DNA of 64,000 nt. Source: Scyliorhinus canicula (lineage: Eukaryota). The position numbers and the translations under genes were made by a program. The DNA is taken from the NCBI RefSeq assembly GCF_902713615.1, contig NC_052163.1, positions 44,750,878-44,814,877 on the forward strand, written 5' to 3'. The notes under the pieces are model-generated. The model had not been told where the DNA came from, did no database searches, and saw nothing but the letters and a program-made list of their open reading frames with translations. The stretch's first letter is position 1. Each line of letters starts with the position of its first letter. This document shows, piece after piece, positions 13,706 through 24,400 of this stretch.

Positions 13706-14784
13706 ATTTCAGAAGTAGAACTTAAAAGAAAGAATTGTAAAAATGGTACCTTAGGAAGTAGCAACTTGTTCCAAGATGCCCAGTGACATTGCAAAACAAA
13801 TGTAATAGTGAAACTGCGAAAATGGAAAAAAAGGCAAAATAATCATTAAATATTTTATATTAAAAACACAGTAATTATGTCCGCAGTGGGTCTCATCTCT
13901 GTAGCTTTATATTAATCCTGCGAGCTTTATTTATACTGTTTTCTAAATTTAAGTTCTTGTCATGTAGATATATTTATCGAGAACTGAAATGGATTCTCCT
14001 GCTGATTGACTAAATTAATGCGGTTGTTTTATTCTTTAAATGCTGATAGTCAGTGATAGTCACTGCCAATTTGAATGCAAACATTTGTTCTATAGCCAAC
14101 ATATCATAAAGTCAATATGGAGCTCCATATTTAAGAAGAAAAAACCCTAGTGCCAGAGAAACTAGATCAAAAAGAAATTCCCACGTTGCAATAATTCAGG
14201 CTTTTTATTTCAATCTTAAGAGCTTGAACTTTTTAAATGTTCAGCTGCAATCCACATCCTTTTATTTTTCTGTAGATTTGTTGCCGGTTAATTCTAAATG
14301 ACTGTCTCTGAAGACAAAAACCTTCCTTTTAGATCTGAGTAAATGATATAGAAAATGGGCGGTGCAGCCTCATTTCATGAGTCCTCATAAATCTTCTCTA
14401 AATTAAAGCTCATCTCCTCTCCTCTCCTCCCCGATCTTTTGTCTTGCTAATACACATTAGCCATTGCCTGGCTGCACACTTTGAGGCACTCAGAGGTGAG
14501 GCCTTACAAAGCTGCAGATGTGGGGGCCTGGCTGACCCTTGACCTTATGCTGCGCATTTACAACAGCAACACTGCCAAAGCATAGGATTCTCGCTATGTT
14601 CTGTATTCTGAAAGGATAGACGAAGTAGCAACTTTACCTTTCAAAACTTCAATGCACTTCTTCGGAAAATGCATTTTGCTGCTTATCTAATCCAGCCAGT
14701 CAACATTCAAAGTAAAATTTGATACATAGCCTAACTCCTATACATAATACAGTGAAGGTGGCACTTGTGCAAGCTATGTAGCTG

Positions 14785-15170
14785 GGGAGGAAGTGGTGTA
14801 GTAGTAAAACTGGACTAAAAAGCCAGAGACCCAAGTCACAGTCATGTGGACATTGGTCTAAATCCCACCATAGCAGCTCATGGAATTTATAATTCACTTG
14901 ATTAATCCAGAATTCAAAGCAAGTCTCTACAATGGTACCCATGAAACGTGTTGTAAAATCCCATCTGGTTCACTAACGTCCTTTAGGGAAGGAAGTCTGC
15001 CATCCTTACCCGGTCCGGCCTACATGTGACTCCAGGCACACAGCAATATGGTTGACTCTTAACGGCCCTCTGAAATGGCTCAGCAAGGTACTCAGTTCAA
15101 GGGCAATTAGAAATGGGCAACAAATGTCAGCCAGCAACGCCCACATCTCATGAAAAGAATAAAGGAAAAA
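14785..15170 (+). mobile_element. Older tRNA-like SINE of another family
   Basis: Degenerate A/B-box-like head, body CCCATCTGGTTCACTAACGTCCTTTAGGGAAGG...AAGGGCAATTAG, ends AATAAA plus A-rich tail; recognised by recollection as a common shark repeat. Confidence 0.6.
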
Positions 15171-15399
15171 ACAGAGGCTGCCTCATTGACACTGGTATTC
15201 GGCAGTGGACTCCGCCTTATGATTCGCGATATAGTTCCTAAGCACCACTATCCAGAATGTAAATAAGGAGAAAATAAACAATGCCATTTTCACAGACCTG
15301 GAACTGGTCGATTTAATGGACTTTTTAAAATAAGGAAGCTTTTACAGCAAGAGTGATGTTGTAAATTCTGCAGTATAATGCTGAAGCGTTGTGTATCAG

Positions 15400-16350
15400 A
15401 GCTGACTGTTTCCCTATCCAAGCTTTTGCAGTGCTGCAATGGAACTAGTATGTACCTGACAATGTGGAAGATTGCTTAAATACGTCCTATACCCAAAAGC
15501 ATAGGGAAAAAAAATTAAGACTGGCTAATCACCACTATGAATCATCTTCCAATGGTCTGGAAAGTGATTGGAGTCCTCAGCACTGTCATCAAGCAATACT
15601 TATTCAACAACCACTTCTCATCGAAGCTTTGTTCAGATTGTGTCTGAACCACTAAGCTCTTGACCTCATTAAAGCCTTCATTCAGACATGGGCACAAGTG
15701 TCGAATGCCAGAGAGGGCAGGTGAGAATAGCTGCCCTTGACATCAAGGCAGCATTCACTGGAATGTGGCATCAAGGGGGTGCGAGTGAAGCTGATGGAAA
15801 TGGGGATTACTGACTGAAGTCATACCTGGTGCAAAGGAAGGTGGCTATGGTTGTCAGGTGTGAGTCACAATTGCAAGTTTCTCACAAAAGCATTGTCAGC
15901 CCAATTTCTTGGGGTAATCTAATGTAATTTCTTCATTAGATCACCACCCTGATGGACTTATATTAATATTCTGGGAGTCACCTTCAATTGAAAGTTGAAC
16001 TGAACCAATCACACTGCTTTTACAAGAGCAAGGGAGAGGCTATTCGGCACTGGGACTGCGGCGCCGAGGACACGGGTTCGAATCCCGGCCCTGGTCACTG
16101 TCCGTGTGGAGTTTGCACATTCTCCTCAAATCTGCAAGCGTTTCACCCCCAAAGATGTGCAGGGTAGGTGGATTGGCCACGCTAAATTGCTCCTTAATTG
16201 GACAAAAGTAATTGGGTACTCTAAATTTATAAAAACAAAGAGAGAGGCTATTCTACAATGATGGCTCACCTCCACACCCCTCAAAATCCCATCATCTAAA
16301 AATCTCAAGTTAATGCCTCCCTGCCGCTGGACTGAATAAACATCTATCCA
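15400..16350 (+). mobile_element. Highly decayed CR1/L2-group LINE RT fragment
   Basis: Remnant LDIKAAF..WHQG motif at about 15737-15778; interrupted by the SINE at 16046. Confidence 0.55.
16046..16241 (+). mobile_element. Short-tail V-SINE
   Basis: TSD GAGAGGCTATTC (16034-16045, 16242-16253); tail GGGTACTCTAAATTTATAAAAA. Confidence 0.9.
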
Positions 16351-16964
16351 CCAGCAATACAGGTTCCAAAGAAGAGGCATGTGGGCTCGAAATGTTAAGT
16401 TTCCGGCTGTTCACACCAACGGGATCTCCTGGTCCCGCCGATGCCACACCCCCGCTGTGGGTTTCCTATCAATGTGACATGAATTCAATGCAAAATCCCA
16501 TTGACAGTGGTGGGACCAGAAGGGCAGGCCAGAGAATCTCGCCCTCTCTTTCTCTCTCCATAGATGCTGTCAGACCTGTTGAGTTTTTTCAGCACTTTCT
16601 GGTTTTATTTCAGATCCCCAGCAACTGCCCAGGTCTTTTTGTTTTTATGTCTATACAGGTAAGGCTGTAACAACTCAGCATCTCCTTAATCTAAAACCTC
16701 TACCATGAAGAGCTAGAGCAGTAATGTTGTCTTAAGGCAACTCAGGGTCGGTAATAAAGGTTGCACAATTTGTTCTTGCCAACAGCAGCAAGGTCAGGTC
16801 ATTGTGGCACTGTGAGCATCTGCTGACCTTGTCCTTAACTTCTCAAATGCGAGATTCAGGTGTTCACATTATCATTGAAAATTTGCGCATGAAAGAAAAG
16901 TCAATTACAAACCTTTATGACACTTGGAACATTTGATTAATTTGGTTAATTTTCTTCAGCTAAC

Positions 16965-17517
16965 GGGGGTGGCACGTTGGCGCAGTGGTGAGCACTGCTG
17001 CCTCATGGACTTAGCATAGTTGCTTCACAGCTGCAGGGTCCCAGGTTCGATTCCCCGCTTGAGTCATTGTCTGTGCGGAGTCAGCACGTTCTCCCCGTGT
17101 CTGCATGGGTTTCCTCCGGGTGCTCCGGTTTCCTCCCACAGCCCAAAGATGTGCGGGTTAGGTAGATTGGCCATGATAAATTACCCTTAATGTCCAAAAA
17201 AGCTGAGGTGCAGTTACAGGGACAGGGTGGAGGCGTGGGCTTAAGTGGGGTGCCCTTTCCAAGAGCCGGTGCAGACTTGATGGGCCAAATGGCCTCCTTC
17301 TGCACTGTAAATTCTGTGATTCCATGATTCAACGGCGCCGAGGACCCAGGTTCAATCCTGACCCTGGGTCACTGTCCGTGTGGCGTTTTCACATTCTCTC
17401 CATGCCTGCGTGGGTCTCACCCCCACAACCCACAGATGTGCTGGGTAGGTGGATTGGCCACACTAACTTGCCCTTTGATTGGAAAAAAAAATGGGTACTC
17501 TAAATTTTTTATAAATA
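16965..17517 (+). mobile_element. Short-tail V-SINE containing a nested CR1-tail HE1 SINE (about 17007-17330)
   Basis: Outer TSD TCTTCAGCTAAC (16953-16964, 17518-17529); inner copy ends GATTCCATGATTC and outer head resumes at CGGCGCCGAGGACC. Confidence 0.85.
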
Positions 17518-18485
17518 TCTTCAGCTAACATAATGGAGGGTTAATAAAAAAACCAGAAAATGCTGGAAATACTCAACAGATTTGGCAACATTTGTGGAAG
17601 TGAAACGAAGTTAATGTTTCAGGTTGATGACTTTTTATTTTAGATTTCCAATGCCTGCAGTCTGTTGCTTTTGTATAACATATGGTCATTTAGACTGCAC
17701 AACTATGCAAAAATGGTGCGAGCGGATGGGCAGCCAGTTTTACATCTTTCCTGATAGTTTGAAGCCAAAATCTACCCCAGTGAGTTCCAGCTATTGCAAA
17801 ATAAATTTTATTTCCAACCCATATGCTACAAATTCCATTTTAATTCAGCCTTTTCGGCTCAACTTGTACTTCATTGAAGAAGTTATCTCTTATATACCAG
17901 AATGTCGCTGACAATTCTGCATCTGGGAATGTAACCAACTACAGAATGGACTGCAATGTACAGATTCACGAAATGAAAATTCTAAATAAGCAACGGGCGA
18001 CATCTCCTTTCTGTAAGGGGAGGGAGTGACATGATAATTTGACAATGAACACAGCAGATTGAATGCGGTCTGTTCAATATTCTCAATCTTAATGTGCGCC
18101 AGTGAGGCATCAACAGAAGTAACTCTCAAATGGGCTATTCAGGAGCATATACATGGGTCAGACAAGCATAAAAAACAAAACACTGCTCCCGGACAGATCA
18201 GTCTGAAGAATCTTCAGGCCCGCCCTAGCTCGTGCTGAACCCTATCCGCCCCACTCAACACCTGGTACTGAATCCAACTGTTATATCCCAATCCCAACCT
18301 CCTCAAGCCCCAGTGCAAATGCTCACCAATTCCTTTTAAAACTAAGGTTGAATGTGCATCAGAATAATGATTGACACCTCAGGGGGTTAGGACTTTCTTC
18401 GATATCTGCACAAATCGTTTCAGTGTTTGGTATTTTGCGCTCTCAGTAACAGAAGATAATAAGCTTTACACCCAACCTCACAAAT

Positions 18486-19605
18486 AACCATAAGACCATA
18501 AGACATAGGAGCAGAATTAGGCCACTCGGCCCATCAAGTCTACTCCACCATTCAACCATGGCTGATATTTTCTCATCCCCATTCTCCTGACTTTTGCCCA
18601 TAACCCCTGATCCCCTTATTAATCAAGAACCTATTTATCTCTGTCTTAAAGACACTCGGTAATTTGGCCTCCACAGCCTTCTGCGGCAAAGAGTTCCATA
18701 GATTCACCACCCTCTGGCTGAAGAAATTCCTCCTCATCTCTGTTTTAAAGGATCGTCCCTTTAGTCTGAGATGGTGTCCTCTGATTCTAGTTTCTCCGAC
18801 AAGTGCAAACATCCTCTCCACGTCCACTCTATCCAGGCCTCGCAGTATCCTGTAAGTTTCAATAAGATCCCCCCTCATCCTTCTAAACTCCAACGAGTTC
18901 AGACCCAGAGACCTCAACCGTTCCTCATATGAATAGATCTTCATTCCAGGGATCATTCTTGTGAACCTCCTCTGGACCCTTTCAAAGGTCAGCACATCTT
19001 TCCTTAGATATGGGGGCCAAGACTGCTCACAATACTCCAAATGGGGTCTGACCAGAGCCTTATACAGCCTCAGAAGTACATCCCTTGTCTTGTTTCAGTG
19101 TTTGGTATTTTGCACTCTCAGTAACAGAAGATAATAAACTTTACACCCAAGCTCACAAATAACCATAAGACCATAAGACATAAGAGCAGAATTAGGCCAC
19201 TCAGCCCATTGAGTCTACTCCGCCATTCAACCATGGCTGATATTTTCTCATCCCCATAAGAGCCTTCTTGACATGAATGGTAACATTGCATTTGCCTTCT
19301 TAACTGCCGACTGAACCTGCACGTTAACCTTAAGAGAATCGTGAACACGGACTCCCAAGTCCCTTTGTGCTTCTGCTTTCGGAAGCATTTCCCCATTTAG
19401 AAAATAGTCGATGCCTAAATTCCTCCTTCCAAAGTGCATAACCTCACACTTTTCCACATTGTATTTCATTTGCCACTTCATTGCCCACTCTCCTAGCTTG
19501 TCCAAATCCTTCTGCAGCCTCCTTGCTTCCTCAATACTACCTGTCCCCCTACAGATCTTTGTATCATCTGCAAACTTAGCAACAGTGCCTTCAGTTCCTT
19601 CTTCC
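18486..19605 (-). mobile_element. CR1 (HER1-like) LINE 3' fragment, 5'-truncated, with internal 166-bp duplication
   Basis: ORF2 C-terminus (KFADDTK, WQMKYNVEKC, EYCEQSWPPYLRKD, RRNFFSQRVVNLWNSLP); repeat tail at about 18486-18505. Confidence 0.95.
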
Positions 19606-20410
19606 CTTTAATTTGTGTCTTTATTCTTTCCTGCCTTGTACATGAACCAAATGAGGCAAGAGAAAAAAGCTTGCCCCTCCTAAACCTTATCCATGGTTTG
19701 AACCAGATTGAATATGAGCACTGGTGAGGTATAAAACAAATGACGGCAGTCGTAGCTTCAAAAATAACTCACCAATTGCTTTTGAATGTTTTGTATCTTT
19801 AAGCATAAGCTTCTTATTAGGAAGGTTAGGAAAGTTTGAAATATTACTTAAAAAAGACTTTCTGCTTTACATTTTCCCTTCGATCATTATACCTCTCCAG
19901 TTCAAGCTGAGCTAGCGGATGCTTTGCAGATTATGTTGAAGTCATGTCAGGATTCTGAGGCACGATAATGTTTCCATCTTAGGCCCCCTGTATGAAATCG
20001 AACTAAAACCTGAAATCCGATCTGTTTTGATTCAGGTCAATCAAAAATAATTCATTTTTTTTAAACAGACTTGTTTGAAACAAAATCTGGACGCAAAATA
20101 TTTTGATTCTGGGAGTCTGCCTCTTCAAGAAAAATGGTACTAATGGGCATTGCGCCAATGTTGCGATGTCAGTGTGCAAGGCCATGTTTGCAATAATGCA
20201 AATATACGTGAGCCTCAATATTCTTCCCTATACATCAACTGTCATAAGCTGAAGAGGTATGGGAATTACATTTTTTTTTCTTAAAGAGACAATGTCTTCA
20301 TGGGTAATTATTTTGTATGTTTACATTATACGCTGATGGAAGTTAAATTAATTCATCATATTAATCATTATTGTCAGTTGTGTACAGCATCATTATGATA
20401 CTGGCTTATT

Positions 20411-20636
20411 GGGCAGCATGGCGGCACAGTGGTTAGCATTGCTGCCTACGGCGCTGAGGACCTGGGTTCGAATCCCGGCCCTGGGTTACTGTCCGTGTGG
20501 AGTTTGCACATTCTCCCCGTGTCTGCGTGGGTTTCGCCCCTACAACCTAAAGACGTGCAGGATAGGCAGATTGGCCATGCTAAATTGCCCCTTAATTGGA
20601 AAAAATAATTGGGTGCTCTAAATTTATTTTTAAAAA
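20411..20636 (+). mobile_element. Short-tail V-SINE, full length
   Basis: 16-bp TSD ATGATACTGGCTTATT (20395-20410, 20637-20652). Confidence 0.92.
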
Positions 20637-20654
20637 ATGATACTGGCTTATTTA

Positions 20655-20882
20655 GGGTGGCATGTGGCGCAGTGGATAGCACTGGGACTGCGGCGCTGAG
20701 GACCCGGGTTCGAATCCCGGCCCTGGGTCACTGACCGTGTGGAGTTTACACATTCTCCCCATGTCTACGTGGGTTTCACCCCCACAACCCAAAGATGTGC
20801 AGGTTAGGTGGATTGGCCACACTAAATTGCCCCTTAATTGGAAAGAAATATAAGTGGGTACTCTAAAATTTTTAACAAAAAA
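20655..20882 (+). mobile_element. Short-tail V-SINE, full length, tandem to the previous copy
   Basis: Head GGGTGGCATGTGGCGCAGTGG; followed by a diverged target copy ATGATACTGACT. Confidence 0.9.
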
Positions 20883-21116
20883 ATGATACTGACTCTTTTG
20901 ATTCAAATTATGAAAAGTATTTGGCTAACTTAATTAAGTTAATGCCTTCTTCAATTTTTCTTTAATGTGCTTCTATACTGTTGAATCCAAGAAATCTGAT
21001 TCCCAGCTGGTCTTGAATTGGGGAGGAGTGACGGGGTTGAGGGGGATGCATTGGTGTTCGGAGAGAAAGAGAAGCAGCCTGACCCCAGTGAAACTCTATC
21101 ACACATACCTCCTGTG

Positions 21117-21422
21117 TGTGGTGAATGTGATTCACACCGGATTATAATCTGTATATACATGTGTCTATATTGTAAATGCAGTTGCACTACCTGACCACAA
21201 GGGGGAGTAGCTCTGGGAATGCTCGAGAATTGTACTGGGTTTCTCCCTTGGCTCCGCCCAGGACTCCTCCCCCTGGAGCTGCTGTATAAAGATCAGTGCC
21301 ACATGGTCAGCCGGCCAGTTCACCGAAAGTTCAATGGCTAACAGGCTGGCACTGTTGTGAGTATATTAAAACCGCTATTCTAATCCTACAAGCATGTGTC
21401 CGTAGAATTGTTGGTTCCAACA
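21117..21422 (+). repeat. 5' LTR (306 bp)
   Basis: TATAAA 21285-21290, ATTAAA 21365-21370; 21226-21422 aligns to 26324-26520 with 6 mismatches in 197 bp. Confidence 0.9.
21177..21207 (+). promoter_or_regulatory. CTCF-like site (upstream motif plus core) in the 5' LTR
   Basis: TGCAGTTGC-N6-TGACCACAAGGGGGAG resembles the vertebrate CTCF U+C motif; judged by eye, no PWM run. Confidence 0.5.
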
Positions 21423-21455
21423 ATTTAATATACTCAGGAAACAGTCGAAGAAATC

Positions 21456-24400
21456 ATGGAAGCAGCCCTCAAGCCCGGACGCCTAGAACTCGACCCGCAG
21501 GATGCAGAGGCAAGGAAATTTTTTCTCACTGGCTGAGATGTTTTAAAGCCTACCTGACAGAAGCCAGCACCGCCGGAACAATGGAGGAACAAAAACTCAG
21601 CCTACTGCACGCGAGGGTAAGCCACGGAATCTCCACACAGCTGAATCCGGCTGGTTCTTACACCGCAGCACTGGCAATATTGGACAAAATGTACGTTAGG
21701 CCCATTAACGAGGTTTATGTACGCCACGTGTTTACGACTCGCCGTCAGCGGCCTACAGAAATGCTAGCCGAGTTTGTAAGGGAATTGAACAATCTTTCCA
21801 ATGACTGTAATTATCAAGCCATTACCGCGGCTGAACATAGGGAGCTTGCTGTGTGGGTCGTTTTCGTGGCGGGCCTTAGGTCTAACTATGTGCGCCAAAG
21901 ACTGCTAGAAAAGGGGGCCCAGGACTTAGACACTACTGTGGAGGCTGCTACCACTATGGAAGTTTCCTTCCGCAGCCTCACCTCGTTTCCCGCGGACCCC
22001 GCGACCTCATCGTGGACCCCCGACCAACAGTCCCCCCAAGCCTGTGCTGCATGGTCCCCCCAGCTACCGCGCTGCCAAAGCCAGTTACTCTGCTGCCCCA
22101 GCCAGTTACTCTGCTGCCCCAGCCAGCTACTCGGCTGCTCCAGCCTGCCATTTCTGTGGCCAAAGCCAGCACCCGCGGCAGCACTGCTCGGCCCGTAACG
22201 CGACCTGCAGCAGCTGCGGGCGAAAAGGACACTATACTAGAGTGTGTCTGGCGAAGAAAGCCCCCGCCTCTAACCCTGCCACGGCTCAAAGCACTCGTTC
22301 CCTGAATTCACAGGCCTGCAGGCCCCGAAATGCTGCAGCCTGTATGCCGACTCCGCCCCCACCCGACATGTGCGACTCATGGGGGCGGCCATCTTGGCAA
22401 TCCTCCTCCATGCGGCCGGCCATGTGCGACTCATGGGGGAAGCCATCTTGGCAATCCTCCTCCATGCGGCCGGCCATGTGCGACTCATGGGGGTGGCCAT
22501 CTTGGGATCCATCCCCTTCAAACTCTGAAACTCACCTCGACGACTACAAACTCAGAGGGCAGTCATCACGGGACCACTCCAGCACAGCTGATCGAGCCGC
22601 CGACTACCCGCAACTCAGCGCAGCCACCCTGGATCAATCCCGCCCGAAGCACCTACGAAGTTCGATGGCGGTGGTCCAGATCAATGGGTACAGCACGCCA
22701 TGCCTCTTTGACTCCGGGAGCACCGAGAGCTTTATACATCCAGAGCTGGTAAGACGCTGTTCGCTTTCTATTTTTTCGGTGAGCCAAACTATAGCCCTCG
22801 CTTGGGGCTCCCACTCAGTCCAAATCCAAGGACGCACCGTTGCTACGCTCACAATTCGAGGCGCTAGTTATTCTAAATTTAAACTTTATGTCCTGCCCGA
22901 CCTCTGCGTGCCACTCTTATTAGGCCTGGAATTCCAGTGCAACCTCAAGAGCCTCACCCTCAGCTTCGGCGGGCCCCTGCCCCCACTCACTATCTGCAGC
23001 CTAACCACGCTGCGCATCTCCCCCCCCTCCGCTCTTCGCCAATCTCACTCCAGATTGCAAGCCAGTAGCTACTCGCAGCAGGCAATACAACCTACAGGAT
23101 AGGGTCTTTATCCGATCGGAGGTCCGACGGCTGCTCAGTGAGGGGATCATAGAGGCCAGTAATAGTCCCTGGAGAGCTCAGGTGGCGGTCGTCAAGACCG
23201 GGGAAAAATTTTGCATGGTCGTCGACTATAGCCAGACCATAAATCACTTTACGCTCCTAGACGCGTATCTCCTCCCCAGAATTGCAGACATGGTTAATCA
23301 GATCGCCCAATATCGGCTATTTTCCACGATGGATCTGAAGTCTGCATACCACTAGCTCCCAATCCGCCCGGAGGACCGCCACTACACGGCATTCGAGGCC
23401 GATGGTCGCCTCTTCCATTTCCTCTGGGTCCCTTTCGGCGTCACTAACGGGGTTTCGGTGTTCCAACGAGCAATGGACCGAATGGTAGACCAGTACGGAC
23501 TGCGGGCCACGTTTCCGTATCTGGACAATGTTACCATCTGCGGCTATGACCAGCAGGACCACGACGCCAACCTCCACCGTTTTCTCCAAACGGCACAGAA
23601 ATTAAATCTCACTTGTAACAAGGAGAAATGCGTTTTCCGCACAAACGGACTGGCCATCCTCGGCTACGTCGTGGAGAACGGAGTCCTGGGCCCAGACCCG
23701 GACCGCATGCGCCCCCTCTTAGAACTCCCCCTCCCTCATTGCCCCAAGGCCCTGAAACGGTGCTTGGGGTTCTTCTCATACTACGTCCAGTGGGTCCCTC
23801 AATATGCGGACAAAGCCCGCCCACTCTTTAAGGCCACACAATTTCCCCTGTCAGCCGAGGCATGCCAGGCCTTCGACGGCATCAAGGAGGACATCGCCAA
23901 AGCAGCCATGCGGGCGGTGGATGAATCCACTCCCTTTCAGGTTGAGAGCGACGCCTCAGAGGTAGCTCTAGCAGCCACATTAAATCAGGCAGGGAGGCCC
24001 GTTGCATTTTTCTCCCGTACCCTATCTGCTTCAGAACTCCGACACTCCTCAGTCGAGAAGGAAGCACAAGCCATCGTGGAGGCTGTTCGTCACTGGAGGC
24101 ACTAGCTCGCAGGTAGGAGGTTCACCCTCATCACCGACCAACGATCGGTTGCCTTTATGTTTGACAACTCGCAAAGGGGCAAAATAAAAAATGATAAAAT
24201 CCTTCGGTGGAGGATCGAACTCTCCACCTATAGTTACGATATTAAATATCGACCGGGGAAGCTCAACGAGCCTTCGGATGCCCTATCCTGCGGGACATGC
24301 GCCAGCGCGCAGATCTGCCGTCTGAAAGCCACCTACGTGGACCTCTGCCATCCAGGGGTCACCCGGCTCGCCCACTACATCAGAGCCCAAAACCTGCCTT

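Noticed and set aside
20411-20480. tRNA genes (A and B boxes, also in other copies)
   Set aside because: They are tRNA-derived SINE heads followed by a V-type core, tail and TSD
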